Below, piece after piece: positions 10,346 through 20,903 of a stretch of 64,000 nucleotides of DNA; the first letter of the stretch is position 1, and every line of letters starts with the position of its first letter. The position numbers and the translations under genes are program-made. The notes under the pieces were generated by a model, which saw nothing but the letters and a program-made list of their open reading frames with translations, searched no databases and was not told the DNA's origin. The stretch is taken from IMG/VR virus record IMGVR_UViG_3300050821_009835, positions 1-64,000 of that record. One strand, written 5' to 3'.

Positions 10346-10580
10346 GATTGACTTACCTGTACTTCGCGGTAATAAAACAGCTTGTTACAGGTATCTTGTT
10401 GGAAATCATTCAGTGGGGATAATTTCACCCACAAGAAAAAAGCACTTGGCTACTATTGAGAAAGTCAAGAGTATGTGGACAGGGGCACCTGTTGTTCCTG
10501 ATATTCTTTACGGTCAGTACGATCGTAGAATCACTCCAGAAGAGGTCGCTAATTACATCCTTCTCATGCGTTTGGCTTGA
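10338..10580 (+). CDS. Hypothetical protein
   Basis: ATG 10338 with GAGGG RBS; overlaps the previous stop. Confidence 0.5.
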   Translation: MHKIDLPVLRGNKTACYRYLVGNHSVGIISPTRKKHLATIEKVKSMWTGAPVVPDILYGQYDRRITPEEVANYILLMRLA

Positions 10581-10625
10581 TTAATCGCATTTCGCCTTTT
10601 ACTCCCAAAGTAGAGGCGATTCACA

Positions 10626-10847
10626 ATGAGCATTCGTTGCGTGCACAGCATCCATTCTGAATGTGATATCTTCGTCCAAAAAACGGGTGGTGGCGACGTT
10701 CGCCTTCGCCTTCGAGAAAAAGACCCTGAACTCGTTTCTCCTACAGATTTTGAGCTAGAAGGTGACCCTGCACATATTGCTGAGGCACTCAGTTTTATCG
10801 TCGGGGTTTTGACAAATTTGGACGCCTTAGACAAGGAGCCAAGTTAG
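10626..10847 (+). CDS. Hypothetical protein
   Basis: ORF in plus-strand run. Confidence 0.45.
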   Translation: MSIRCVHSIHSECDIFVQKTGGGDVRLRLREKDPELVSPTDFELEGDPAHIAEALSFIVGVLTNLDALDKEPS

Positions 10848-10851
10848 TCTC

Positions 10852-11124
10852 TTGAAACAGTCTCCTATCGCCCGATTTTGCTTCTATTGCGGGCGGACAC
10901 TTTCTCGTCGAACAAAAACTCGTGATCATTTACAACCTAAGAGCAGGCATGGAAGTAGTGCTCGTTACAACATCGTGGACGCATGTCGTCCTTGCAATGC
11001 CCTAAAAGGTGCCCTCGCCCTCGAGGAATTCAGGGTGGTGATGGCATATCGAGCCGGACAAATTAAAGCTGCTAAAATGCGTTTTCCTGGGGAAATTAAA
11101 AAACCACTATCTCAAACCAAATAG
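10852..11124 (+). CDS. HNH endonuclease
   Basis: CFYCG...TRDHLQPKSRHG...NIVDACRPCNALKG. Confidence 0.85.
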   Translation: MKQSPIARFCFYCGRTLSRRTKTRDHLQPKSRHGSSARYNIVDACRPCNALKGALALEEFRVVMAYRAGQIKAAKMRFPGEIKKPLSQTK

Positions 11125-12072
11125 ATTTTTCTTCTTAGCAGCTTCTACTATACGTCGACGACGTTCCACGGCTCTTTGAACTTGAGGATGATTTACGGCT
11201 GCGCTTGCGGCTTGCTGTTGGAGTTCGCGCCAATTAGGCGGTGCATCAAACACTTCAGGGATAGAGGGAAGAGATGGAGGTGCTGTTCTTCGGAGCGGCC
11301 TGGGAGCCATACGATTCGGGAGAACAGGATCTGCGAGAGTTGGGTTGATCGCTGGCGTCAGGGTAGTCGGCAGGGCATTCAAGGATGGCCAGAGATCGGG
11401 GTGCAACGATTTAATTTTTGCAATTAGTTTAGGCCTGTTTACTCTCTTGAGCATCGAGTCGTGCTTTTCACGATAGTGGAAAATAGCTTCCGGGACAATA
11501 ACAACCTTCCAACCTCGCTTTACTATGTCAATCCAGAGATTCCAATCCTCGTAACCAATATGCTCTTTGTCGTATCCACTAAGTGCGGGGTTGTACCCTC
11601 CAACTTCCATAAGAACACTGCGTCTGATGAGAGAGCACACGGGTATGCAATTGTCCATCTTGAGTTGGTCCAAAGTGGGAGAGGACGTGTGCCAGGTGTA
11701 ATCCTTAATGCCAAAGCAAGCTGCGAAGGTGCCAACTATTCCTACCTCATCACTCATCTGAGGTACAGTCTTGCTGAGGTAATCTCTGTCAATCCAGTCA
11801 TCTGAATCCAAAGGAAGAATGAATTTCCCTGAGGATGCAGCTATGCCAGCATTTCTGGTTAGAGATAACCCTCTATTCTTCTGGGAGATTACTCGTACTC
11901 CTTTCCCCTCATAACTTCTCGCTACGGCTAAAGAATTATCAGTAGAGCCATCGTTTACTACAATAATTTCCGTGTTCCCATAATCTTGCTCCAGCGCCGA
12001 TTCAATGGCCTGAGAAAGATATTGAGCGTGGTTAAAAACCGGGATGATAATAGAAACTTTGGACATTGCCAT
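11107..12072 (-). CDS. Glycosyltransferase family 2 with Pro/Arg-rich C-terminal tail
   Basis: VSIIIPVFN..YLSQAIESAL.Q..EIIVVNDGSTD..RNAGI..ILPLDSDD..GYEDW. Confidence 0.92.
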   Translation of the reverse strand: MAMSKVSIIIPVFNHAQYLSQAIESALEQDYGNTEIIVVNDGSTDNSLAVARSYEGKGVRVISQKNRGLSLTRNAGIAASSGKFILPLDSDDWIDRDYLSKTVPQMSDEVGIVGTFAACFGIKDYTWHTSSPTLDQLKMDNCIPVCSLIRRSVLMEVGGYNPALSGYDKEHIGYEDWNLWIDIVKRGWKVVIVPEAIFHYREKHDSMLKRVNRPKLIAKIKSLHPDLWPSLNALPTTLTPAINPTLADPVLPNRMAPRPLRRTAPPSLPSIPEVFDAPPNWRELQQQAASAAVNHPQVQRAVERRRRIVEAAKKKNLFGLR

Positions 12073-12075
12073 CTT

Positions 12076-12753
12076 TCATTTACGACCATCCTCGGAAAAT
12101 GTGGAACGGATGGTCAATTCTGTTACTTCCACTGTTTTAGGGAGGGAAAGTATAAATTCAATAGTATCGGCCACAGACTCTGGTTGCATCAGGAGCTCTG
12201 GCTTGTAAATGCGATCCTCTTGTTCATAGAGGGATTTTAAGAGTGGTGTGGCAATTCTTCCCGGAAACAATGATAGAACTCTCACACCTTTTTCATTTGC
12301 TTCGATTCTAAAACTATCGGCAAAGGCTCGTAGAGCGTGCTTCATAGCAGCGTATTGCTCTAACTCGGATCGTTGTACAAAAAGACCAGCAAACGAGTTT
12401 ACAAACACTATTTGACCCTGTGCTGCTGCAAGTAAAGGGAAGAATCTGCGGGTAACGATGTACGGTGCTCGGAAGTTGATATTGTACTGAATGTCCAAGT
12501 CTGCCGGATCATGGCTTTTCAAAAGAACCCCGGCGCTGTGAATGAGAATATCTAATTTGCCCTCTTCAGCCAGGGCTTGAGATATAGTGTCTCTGCCCTC
12601 TTCGGTTCCTATGTCTGCAAGCACCCCAATACATCCGGCCTGAAAATTGTCTTTTCTGCCTACACCGTACACTTTCACACCCTTCTCTACTAACTTTTGA
12701 GTGATAGCTTTCCCCAAACCGCCTGTAGAGCCGATTACTAAGGCTGTTTTCAC
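12076..12753 (-). CDS. Short-chain dehydrogenase/reductase (possible NDP-sugar ketoreductase)
   Basis: GSTGGLG, HSAG, YAAMK catalytic motif. GTG start at 12753 has an AGGAG RBS and overlaps the fcl stop. Confidence 0.85.
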   Translation of the reverse strand: MKTALVIGSTGGLGKAITQKLVEKGVKVYGVGRKDNFQAGCIGVLADIGTEEGRDTISQALAEEGKLDILIHSAGVLLKSHDPADLDIQYNINFRAPYIVTRRFFPLLAAAQGQIVFVNSFAGLFVQRSELEQYAAMKHALRAFADSFRIEANEKGVRVLSLFPGRIATPLLKSLYEQEDRIYKPELLMQPESVADTIEFILSLPKTVEVTELTIRSTFSEDGRK

Positions 12754-13694
12754 ATGTTCTCCTGCTGTTTGATGTACCACGCTATGGTTTTGTCCAGTCC
12801 TTCTGAAAGAGTAGTACGCGCTGTGAAACCGAATTCTTGCAACGCACGCTCGGTGTTCAAGCATCGTTCAGGCTGACCATCAGGCATTGTAGAGTCGAAA
12901 AGAATCTCGCCAGTGTAACCTACTTTTTGCGCGATCATGGTTACAAGATCGCTTATTGCAGTTGTGCAACCCGTGCCAATATTAACGGGTGCACCCCCAT
13001 CGTATTTCTCCGTCGCCATTACAACTGCTTTGGCTGCATCTTCAATATAGAGAAATTCACGAAAAGCGTTACCACTGCCCCAGACACTAACAGGAGATTG
13101 CGCGTTAATAGTGGCTTCATAAAATTTCCGAATCAGAGCGGGCATTACATGAGAACTGCTGGGATTGAAGTTGTCATGAGGACCATAAAGATTAACAGGT
13201 AAGAGGTGTATCACGTTGAACTTGTACTGGTCTCGATAGGCTTGACCCATCACCATCAAAGACTTCTTTGCAATGCCGTAAGGGGCATTAGTTTCTTCAG
13301 GATAGCCATTCCACAAATCGTTCTCGTTGAATGGAACCGGAGTAAATTTTGGATATTCGCAGACCGTTCCGAGTTGCACGAATTTTTCTACCCCTTGTTT
13401 ATGGGCTGCGTGCATCAATAGGATGCCCATTAGGGCATTATCATAAAAGAGATCGGCAGGTCGTTCTTTGTTCAATCCTATGCCACCACAGTGAGCAGCG
13501 CAATGAATTATGATGTCAGGAACGGTCTTTTGAAGTACAGTATCAATCTGCTCTTTGACTCGTAGATCGTATTCGATTGACGTGGGTGCGGATACTTCTC
13601 TACACCCGCGCTGGTGTAATTCTGAAACAATATGCTGTCCGAAAAAACCCGCTCCACCTGTGACGAGGACGCGTTTGCTGGTTAAATCAATCAT
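12750..13694 (-). CDS. fcl: GDP-L-fucose synthase
   Basis: [68 protein letters not shown]. Confidence 0.93.
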   Translation of the reverse strand: MIDLTSKRVLVTGGAGFFGQHIVSELHQRGCREVSAPTSIEYDLRVKEQIDTVLQKTVPDIIIHCAAHCGGIGLNKERPADLFYDNALMGILLMHAAHKQGVEKFVQLGTVCEYPKFTPVPFNENDLWNGYPEETNAPYGIAKKSLMVMGQAYRDQYKFNVIHLLPVNLYGPHDNFNPSSSHVMPALIRKFYEATINAQSPVSVWGSGNAFREFLYIEDAAKAVVMATEKYDGGAPVNIGTGCTTAISDLVTMIAQKVGYTGEILFDSTMPDGQPERCLNTERALQEFGFTARTTLSEGLDKTIAWYIKQQENM

Positions 13695-14665
13695 TGGAGT
13701 GCCACCTTTTCTCGCTTTGCATCGATCAAATCTGAATCCACCATCCTACGCACAAGATCTCGAAACTTAATTTGAGGCTCCCAGCCTAATACTCTTTTCG
13801 CCTTAGAAGAGTCACCCAGAAGAATATCCACTTCGGTTTTTCGATAGTATTTTGGGTCAATTCCAACGTACTCATGCCAGTCCATTCCGAGATAGCCAAA
13901 GGCCTCGTCTAAAAGTTCCCGAACTGTGTGCGTCTCTCCTGTAGCAATGACAAAATCATCGGGAGTATCTTGTTGCAACATAAGCCACATAGCGTTTACA
14001 AACTCTGGGGCGTATCCCCAGTCTCGTTTAGCCTCCAAATTTCCCAGCAGTAACTTTTCTTGCAAACCCAGTTTAATCCTAGATGTTGCCTTAGTGATCT
14101 TACGTGATACAAAAGTCTCCCCTCTTCGTTCAGACTCATGGTTGAATAAGATGCCATTACACGCAAACATCCCCATCTCTCGATAATTGACTGTGGTCCA
14201 AAAAGCAAATTGCTTTGCTATTCCATACGGGCTACGTGGGTAAAATGGGGTATTCTCATTTTGCGGTATCTCCTGAACTTTCCCATAAAGCTCACTAGAT
14301 GAAGCTTGATAGAATTTGGCTCCAGGACTTTGGGCCTTGATCGCTTCAAGAAGCCGGAGAGTTCCCAAACCGTCTACGTCAGCGGTATATTCAGGGATAT
14401 CAAAACTGACACGCACGTGGCTTTGTGCACCCAGATTGTAGACTTCATCCGGCTGGATCTCTCCTATGAGGCGGCTCAGGGCGCTGCCATCTGTCAAGTC
14501 GTTGTGATGAAGATGAAGTTGGTCGAAGATGTGGTCTATTCGCCCGGTATTAAAACTGCTGGAACGACGGATGATACCGTGAATCTCATAGTCCTTCTCT
14601 AATAGAAGTTCCGCAAGGTATGAACCGTCTTGACCCGTGATTCCAGTTATTAATGCTTTTTTCAA
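13691..14665 (-). CDS. gmd: GDP-mannose 4,6-dehydratase
   Basis: [69 protein letters not shown]. Confidence 0.97.
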   Translation of the reverse strand: MKKALITGITGQDGSYLAELLLEKDYEIHGIIRRSSSFNTGRIDHIFDQLHLHHNDLTDGSALSRLIGEIQPDEVYNLGAQSHVRVSFDIPEYTADVDGLGTLRLLEAIKAQSPGAKFYQASSSELYGKVQEIPQNENTPFYPRSPYGIAKQFAFWTTVNYREMGMFACNGILFNHESERRGETFVSRKITKATSRIKLGLQEKLLLGNLEAKRDWGYAPEFVNAMWLMLQQDTPDDFVIATGETHTVRELLDEAFGYLGMDWHEYVGIDPKYYRKTEVDILLGDSSKAKRVLGWEPQIKFRDLVRRMVDSDLIDAKREKVALQ

Positions 14666-15207
14666 TCTAACACTACCCGAGCAATGCTCATCTCTACCTT
14701 GGCTTGTGGTGACAATCTCAAGATGCCGTTAACGCAGGGACAAACATTCTCTTCACATTTGTGATCCGAGTAAAGATCAGTGTTGATGATGTCATCAACC
14801 AAGATTACACTATGAGTCAGTTTTCTATTGAGTAGATATTCAAGTTCATAATGCCCAGAAAACTTGTGCTTTGCTGAACTGAGTGGGCCGGGGTCATCTG
14901 AACCTAAATGGGCATCCAGCCAGAATAGAATACGTTCATTGGGTAGATTCTTCACTATCTGAGGGAGAAGAATCTCACTGTCCCCTTGGTACAAGTGAAC
15001 GTTGTTCACGCCCAAGAATTTATTTTTGCAGTACTCGTAGCGTTCTGCGTGAAGCTCTATGGAATACACTTCTTTGAAGATATGACGGGCGAACTCTACT
15101 GATCTTCCATCATTGGTTCCAGTCTCAACAAAGGTTTCTAAGCCATAGGTATCGTGGTAGAACTTCATCTGGTTGTGCTTGTAGACTTCAAGTTCTTGCC
15201 AAGACAT
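14662..15207 (-). CDS. SAM-dependent methyltransferase-like protein
   Basis: FVETGT.DG, SIELH, LFWLDAH, ILVDD. Start at ATG 15207 (TAATG coupling). Confidence 0.6.
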   Translation of the reverse strand: MSWQELEVYKHNQMKFYHDTYGLETFVETGTNDGRSVEFARHIFKEVYSIELHAERYEYCKNKFLGVNNVHLYQGDSEILLPQIVKNLPNERILFWLDAHLGSDDPGPLSSAKHKFSGHYELEYLLNRKLTHSVILVDDIINTDLYSDHKCEENVCPCVNGILRLSPQAKVEMSIARVVLD

Positions 15208-16397
15208 TATTCCTGGGTTGAAGGTAGGCATTTTATCCTTTCTGGATAAGGGGTAAAATAATCCCCTTGGTAAGTCTCCGCGTATCGTTTGAAGATTTCT
15301 GTTGCATAGTTCCAAGAGAAAATACAGGTAGACTCAGGCTGAGCATCAAGCCAGTCTTGAGGAGATCGCACCTCAATTTGTGTTCCCGGAATAAACTTCC
15401 CGATTTTCGCTGGGGCGTCATCAGCCACGGCGTCAATCAAGGTGTGATCAATACCGCAATAATTCATCATCACTGTTGCTTTCGCCGCCGCCCCAAATCC
15501 CCAGATCCTCTTTCCTTGACTTTTGAAGCGCAAGAGAGTGTTTTTCAGGTCGTAGGCAACTTGGTCGGCATACTGTTGTAGGGTATGTACATTCTCTAGC
15601 CCATATTCAACGAACGGGAATGTAGTGGAAGCGATACCTACAAGGTCTGGATACTCCTTCTTACATGTGACGCGGAGGGAGCCGCCTTGCGATGGAAGTT
15701 GCTCTACGTTTGCAATGTACAGCCCATGACGACTGAAGAGACGATCCAGGGATTTGAAGGAAAAATAATAGCAGTGCTCGTGGTAGATAGTGTCGAACGT
15801 GCCCTTATTCAGCAGGTCGCCAAGGTAAGGAACTTCGATCATGCAAATTCCTTCTGGCTTTAAAATTTCTGCAATCCCAGCCACGAAATCATTGATATCC
15901 GGTACATGAGCTAGAACATTATTGGCGTGGATAACATCAGCTTTGGGTAGAGTGAGTGCTAAGTCGTGAGTGAAGAATTCCGGTATAGTTGGGATGCCTT
16001 TCTTAACAGCAACTTCGGCAGGTCCTAGCGCCGGGTCAACCCCTAGAACAGTAAAGCCGTGATCTTTGTAAAATTGCAGCAAGTAGCCGTCATTGCTGGC
16101 AAGTTCGATCACTAGAGCATCTGTGGGAAGTGTTTTGACAGTTCTTTCGACTAGGACTTTTGCAGAGTCTACTACAGATTTGCAGACGGTAGAGAAGTAC
16201 AGATATTCTACAAACATCTTTTCAGGCAAAACGTAATTTCGGATTTGTCCCAATGCGCAAGATGCACAGTACATGATATCTAGAGGATGCTTCTCGAATG
16301 CTTCGTCCCGGGAGGTGAGAAGTTCATTCGCTAGGGGAGTTTTTCCAAGAGAGAATATCATTTCGGTGTTATCACCGCAGCTGCGACAGTTCATCAT
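15207..16397 (-). CDS. NDP-sugar C-methyltransferase (Zn-binding, TcaB9/EryBIII-like)
   Basis: CRSCG..LGKTPLAN, ELASNDGYLL, HANNVLAHVPD, FDTIYHEH, GFGAAAKA, KIGKFIPGT. Confidence 0.88.
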   Translation of the reverse strand: MMNCRSCGDNTEMIFSLGKTPLANELLTSRDEAFEKHPLDIMYCASCALGQIRNYVLPEKMFVEYLYFSTVCKSVVDSAKVLVERTVKTLPTDALVIELASNDGYLLQFYKDHGFTVLGVDPALGPAEVAVKKGIPTIPEFFTHDLALTLPKADVIHANNVLAHVPDINDFVAGIAEILKPEGICMIEVPYLGDLLNKGTFDTIYHEHCYYFSFKSLDRLFSRHGLYIANVEQLPSQGGSLRVTCKKEYPDLVGIASTTFPFVEYGLENVHTLQQYADQVAYDLKNTLLRFKSQGKRIWGFGAAAKATVMMNYCGIDHTLIDAVADDAPAKIGKFIPGTQIEVRSPQDWLDAQPESTCIFSWNYATEIFKRYAETYQGDYFTPYPERIKCLPSTQE

Positions 16398-17332
16398 ATA
16401 CCTAGCCTCTCAACCATCTTTACATTGTAGTATTCTGGGTTATCCCAGTCCGAGAATTTATCGACATTGGCCGCAAGTTCTTGGACGATCTGTTCAACCC
16501 TTTGCTGGGGATTGAATGCCAGAATAGATTTTGCTTTCTCTATAGAGATTTTGTAATTACGTTTATCTGGATTCGTGGTAGTGTTAAGTTTTACTCCCAT
16601 GAGATTAGCCATGATTTCAGCTATCTGCCCAACTGTGTAATTTTCAGATGCTATGTTGAATGCCCCAGAAATGCCCATATCCGCTTCCACAGCTTTAACG
16701 TATGCTTGCGCGGCGTCAGCAATACCTAGAATGGGCCTCCAGATCTCTGGATTGCTCGCAGTGATCATGCCGTCTCTAACGGCGGACTTGTACATGGCAT
16801 TTATGATGAGGTCCAAACGCATCCTTGGACTGTACCCACAAACCGTGCCTTTACGCAGGGTAATAACAGAGAAATTCTCATCCTGCAAATGTAAAACTGC
16901 CTGTTCCCCTAGCATCTTAGAAATCCCGTAAGGATGTTTACAGATTGGTGGATCTTCCTCTACACATATCCTATCCGTCAGATATTCATAGATAGAACAT
17001 GTGCTGGCATAAACGAATCGTTTGACGTGAGCCTGTTTTGCAATGTATGCTAAGTACGCGGGTGCCGATGTATTGAGAATGAAATTCTTTCCCGGAGAGA
17101 GTTCACAGGTAGGGACACTGGACATTCCAGCTATGAAAACAACTCGTTCATAGGGTTCTAAATCACTTTCTGTTAAATCAAAAACATCTCTGTTGTACAA
17201 CCCGATACCACCAGGCAGATGATTACCAAACCATAAAAGATCCACTACATCTACGCTGTGTCCATGTTCTAATAAGGCGGGCACTAAACGTGATCCCACA
17301 TACCCAGCTCCTCCTGCTACAAGAATTTTCAT
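16394..17332 (-). CDS. NAD-dependent NDP-sugar epimerase/dehydratase
   Basis: ILVAGGAGYVGS, YASTCSIY, PYGISK, RMRLDLIIN. ATG 17332 overlaps the upstream stop. Confidence 0.88.
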   Translation of the reverse strand: MKILVAGGAGYVGSRLVPALLEHGHSVDVVDLLWFGNHLPGGIGLYNRDVFDLTESDLEPYERVVFIAGMSSVPTCELSPGKNFILNTSAPAYLAYIAKQAHVKRFVYASTCSIYEYLTDRICVEEDPPICKHPYGISKMLGEQAVLHLQDENFSVITLRKGTVCGYSPRMRLDLIINAMYKSAVRDGMITASNPEIWRPILGIADAAQAYVKAVEADMGISGAFNIASENYTVGQIAEIMANLMGVKLNTTTNPDKRNYKISIEKAKSILAFNPQQRVEQIVQELAANVDKFSDWDNPEYYNVKMVERLGI

Positions 17333-18129
17333 GCTAGTTTCTCCTGCAGCCATTTGGTCTTCTTTTCATGGTACTCTGCAGATTTTTGATTCCAGTTGGA
17401 ACCTGCACGGTAGTGTAACACAATGGGATTTCCAGAAATCGAGTACCATTCATAGTCTATACCTGTGAAATCTGCTTCATCAACTGTGGGTGTGGCCCCA
17501 ATATGGAGTTGCCTTAGTCCGGGATGAGCTTGCAGATATTTGTAAGTCTGCCCTCCAACATCCACCGGGATGCCCTTAGCTGTACCACAATACCAATCCA
17601 TAGTTTCGGGGCTAGGCAATAGAGACGGGTTAGTTAGTATCATGCCACTGTGCATGTTTATATCAGAAATTCTGTCGCCCAGTCTATACTGCATGGGATG
17701 AAATCCAATATCGTATCCTTGCAGAAAATCAGAGAGTTTGATCGGCGCCATTAAAAACATGTCAGATTCCAGAAAACAAATAGGTGTCTTTTCCCAGCAT
17801 ATATGGGTTTTCCACGCCCAACAGAGGGGGTAGGCGCAGGCTATGTTTGCGTTGCTGTAAGTGCCGTTTGGCAAAAACAAAGAAGGGAAGACACTCTCTT
17901 GAACTTGGCATGGGTCTTCTATTGCAGAGGTTCTTACGATATCAATAGCTTGAATCCCGATTTTAGAGCAGACAGTTTTGATCTTCTCGTAATTGTTCTT
18001 GTCAATATCAAAGACAGCGTTGTTGAAGACAACAAATTCAAAAGGCTCTTGAAGATGCTTCTGAAAGGACTGAAATTGCAGCCCAATGAAATCGGGCCGC
18101 CTGTGAGCAACTGTAAAGAGCTTAATCAT
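17329..18129 (-). CDS. Putative GT-A-fold glycosyltransferase
   Basis: HRRPDFIGLQ..FVVFNNA, FLESDMF (ExD variant of DxD); sits in the glycan gene run. Confidence 0.45.
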   Translation of the reverse strand: MIKLFTVAHRRPDFIGLQFQSFQKHLQEPFEFVVFNNAVFDIDKNNYEKIKTVCSKIGIQAIDIVRTSAIEDPCQVQESVFPSLFLPNGTYSNANIACAYPLCWAWKTHICWEKTPICFLESDMFLMAPIKLSDFLQGYDIGFHPMQYRLGDRISDINMHSGMILTNPSLLPSPETMDWYCGTAKGIPVDVGGQTYKYLQAHPGLRQLHIGATPTVDEADFTGIDYEWYSISGNPIVLHYRAGSNWNQKSAEYHEKKTKWLQEKLA

Positions 18130-18185
18130 TAGTGTGGGAAATTCCTTCGCTATCAATACTCAATTATATAAACGGAAGGTGATCA

Positions 18186-18890
18186 ATGGGAATAAGAATC
18201 TACAATCCGCCACTCACAGGAACTGCTTATAACTGGCGTCAATCAGCCACGGGAAACGAAGTTCCTGGCGAGTCATTGGCCGTGGCTTACGGCACGGATG
18301 TAGTGAAAGGAAATTTAATGATCGTTGTAGTGGGCGGTGGAGCTGCTTCCGCAGGTTCATTTCCCATCGCCTCAATTTCTGATACTCTCAGCAGTTCTTG
18401 GAATCTCATTCCAAATTGCCCAATTGAGAGCAATCCAGATGTAACTACGTCCAATTTGGCCTGGATGTGGTGGGCGATTGCCCCGTCATCGGGAGCAAAT
18501 ACAGTGACTGTTACCATGAATCAGTCGACTTACTACGAGATGAGTATCGCAGAGTGGTACGTCTATGGAGCTGTTCCCACACTAGATGCTTTTGGTGTTG
18601 CTGCGCACACTACTGGAACAACGTTAAGCGTTTCTTCCTCAAGTTGTTTGAATCCTTCTGATTTACTTGTTGCTTTCGTAGACGTTAATGCTGGGGATAG
18701 CACTTTTGCTCTTTCGGGCTATACGGAGAGGGAGGCAGATACCGAAGGTTCGACGTCTTTATGGGATGCATCTTCTTCGGTTACAGGTACGCAGACTGCT
18801 AACTTCACTGGTTTAGCCTCGGGAGATGCAGAAGCCATTATTGCATGCTTTTCAGGCATACCTCTCCCACCTAGTATCATCATCTGTTAG
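18186..18890 (+). CDS. Ser/Thr/Ala-rich beta-sandwich-repeat protein (tail-associated-like), antisense to the operon
   Basis: Two related units (GNLMIVVVG / SDLLVAFVD); GAAGGT RBS; stop overlaps the convergent gene by 4 nt. Confidence 0.6.
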   Translation: MGIRIYNPPLTGTAYNWRQSATGNEVPGESLAVAYGTDVVKGNLMIVVVGGGAASAGSFPIASISDTLSSSWNLIPNCPIESNPDVTTSNLAWMWWAIAPSSGANTVTVTMNQSTYYEMSIAEWYVYGAVPTLDAFGVAAHTTGTTLSVSSSSCLNPSDLLVAFVDVNAGDSTFALSGYTEREADTEGSTSLWDASSSVTGTQTANFTGLASGDAEAIIACFSGIPLPPSIIIC

Positions 18891-19546
18891 TACCCGCAAT
18901 TGATAACAGAATCTTCGGTGTAGAGGTCTTTCCAATTGGCAGGATCAACACCAAGTTGTTCTCCTAATTCTTTAAGGACAAATATGGTATTGCCAATATG
19001 GCAGGCCAATTCATAACCCTTTAGTTTCGCCAAGTCCACCATAGAGGCAAACGAAGCCGCCGCATCCCTTCCTGCTGGTTTTCCTAGTTCTGGAATTTTC
19101 CGCATTTCTGGCCCGTATGAGGTGTTAACCTCTATGACTACAACTCTTGGGCGATAATTTTCCAGAGTTTGCCAGATGAGATAGTCATCGTTGTCCACAT
19201 CTATTGACAGCAGGTCTAAGTCTTTAGGGAGTGGGGTTTTATTGAGGATTTCTTCAATATTGCTGGGACGTACAAATTCTTGCATTAGAACTGCCCGATT
19301 TATTTCCCGAAAATTGTTTTGGAGTTGTTTAAATCGCTCAGCTTCTGCTTCTATGAGAACGGCTGACCATCCTTGGTTCATGATGAGGTCATAGGTGTTG
19401 GAAATTGTTTTGCCATCCCAAGCTCCGAACTCGCAACACCATTTATTTGCAGCGCCTATCTTTTTGAAGATGGCGTCAATGACGCCATCTTCACCGTTTT
19501 GACTTGTAACATTATGCCTATGTTCCTTCAACCAAAGACTGGACAT
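18887..19546 (-). CDS. FkbM-like SAM methyltransferase
   Basis: SQNGEDGVI..CEFGAWDG..SNT, DLLSIDVDNDD, RPRVVVIE. TAATG-coupled start at 19546. Confidence 0.75.
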   Translation of the reverse strand: MSSLWLKEHRHNVTSQNGEDGVIDAIFKKIGAANKWCCEFGAWDGKTISNTYDLIMNQGWSAVLIEAEAERFKQLQNNFREINRAVLMQEFVRPSNIEEILNKTPLPKDLDLLSIDVDNDDYLIWQTLENYRPRVVVIEVNTSYGPEMRKIPELGKPAGRDAAASFASMVDLAKLKGYELACHIGNTIFVLKELGEQLGVDPANWKDLYTEDSVINCGY

Positions 19547-19932
19547 TAGGCAACGCCATAGCAACCACTGTATTCGATGACGTAACCATCAGCTACAGTA
19601 GGAGAGTTAGAATAATCCTGGCAACGTGCAACTCCAGCACCGTCAGTTGCATCAACAGTTGCTGTCCACGCCACGCCCGTTTCCACTGTTTCTCTTCCTG
19701 CAAATGTGTAACCCCCGCCTACAGGGAATACAGCATCAATAGGAAGACTAAAAATTGGACCTTGTCCTGTTCCCACCGTTGTGATAGTGAGTGTAACTTG
19801 GAAGAAAACTACAGGTCCTATTTGACAATAAGATGCTACAGCAGACGTATCTGTGAACGTGCCTTCTTGAGCTGTTATTGTTGGAGTATAATCCGTCCAA
19901 ATGCTAAATCCGGGTACTAACAATGCACTCAT
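19546..19932 (-). CDS. Small phage tail-fibre-tip-like beta domain
   Basis: WTDYTPTIT..G......Y.QIG.VVFF..T....FSLP pattern recalled from fibre C-termini; AAGGAG RBS. Confidence 0.55.
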   Translation of the reverse strand: MSALLVPGFSIWTDYTPTITAQEGTFTDTSAVASYCQIGPVVFFQVTLTITTVGTGQGPIFSLPIDAVFPVGGGYTFAGRETVETGVAWTATVDATDGAGVARCQDYSNSPTVADGYVIEYSGCYGVA

Positions 19933-19957
19933 TTTCTTTCTCCTTTGGTGTTCTTGT

Positions 19958-19963
19958 AGTATA
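19958..19963 (-). promoter_or_regulatory. Internal -10-like element (TATACT) ahead of the 19932 gene
   Basis: TATACT on the minus strand in the only clear intergenic gap here, followed by an AAGGAG RBS. Confidence 0.35.
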
Positions 19964-19970
19964 GTTTAAA

Positions 19971-20903
19971 CTAATTCTCTAGTTCTCGTACAGCAGCTGC
20001 TATCCCATCAATCTTGTTTAGATACGTGTGTTTTGCTGCTATTTCATCCATGAGGCTGTGGAGTTCCTCTACCTTCATATCTTGAAGTCGTTCTTTGGCG
20101 TCGTAGAATAGTTGGTATGTATCCGGGTTGTAGATTAAACGTCCACCGAATAGATCGTTAGTATACTTTGAATGTGTTATCCCAAACTGGCCATAACTGA
20201 TGTTCTTGAACAACCGACAGGGAACATAACCTCTTTCTATTTGATCAAGTCTTTGCAAGGCCGGAGCCATGTAAGATTCTTTGATGAGACGTACTCCTTC
20301 TTCTGGACTGACAGGCGGCTTATTTACGCCGTATCCGCCGTATCCTTCAAAGCCAATACCATTCTCAGCAGCAGCGCGACGGAAATTGGAAATTGCTCCT
20401 TCGTTGCTGCTGTCTATTGTACCAATATAATTTATGAGAGTACTGTTCGAGTTGAAGACTTGCTTAGGTTTATTCATCGCAATTTCATGAGGCAACAAAT
20501 CTGTTCCCCATCGAAATGCCAGCGAACGATGCCCTTTATCAAAATAAATTTCTGGTCCTACCTCCACTACAGAATCAGCATAAGAGTTTAAGCTGCAGTG
20601 TACTCCAAAACTAAGGGAGTTCAGTCCTTCAAAATGCGATCGGCAAGAATCATCTAGATTGTGGACGATGTAAAAGCCATCTTGTCTTTGAGGTATACCA
20701 TGATAGGCGCAATTCATAGTCAGGAAACAAGACCCTGCAAAATCAATCTGAGAAATATCATCCCCGTTCTCTAGCCAGTAAACTTCTTTCCCTAAGAATT
20801 GAAGAGTCTTCAAAAAGGCTTCGTGTATGTGACCATACGTGTTGTAGGGGCGCTTTGCGCCCCATATAATCCATTTGCAGGTATCAATGTTGAATTCGTT
20901 CAT
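19971..20903 (-). CDS. Putative glycosyltransferase (GT-B-like)
   Basis: TYGHIHEAF, YIGT, YVPCRLFKNISYG; operon context. Confidence 0.45.
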   Translation of the reverse strand: MNEFNIDTCKWIIWGAKRPYNTYGHIHEAFLKTLQFLGKEVYWLENGDDISQIDFAGSCFLTMNCAYHGIPQRQDGFYIVHNLDDSCRSHFEGLNSLSFGVHCSLNSYADSVVEVGPEIYFDKGHRSLAFRWGTDLLPHEIAMNKPKQVFNSNSTLINYIGTIDSSNEGAISNFRRAAAENGIGFEGYGGYGVNKPPVSPEEGVRLIKESYMAPALQRLDQIERGYVPCRLFKNISYGQFGITHSKYTNDLFGGRLIYNPDTYQLFYDAKERLQDMKVEELHSLMDEIAAKHTYLNKIDGIAAAVRELEN

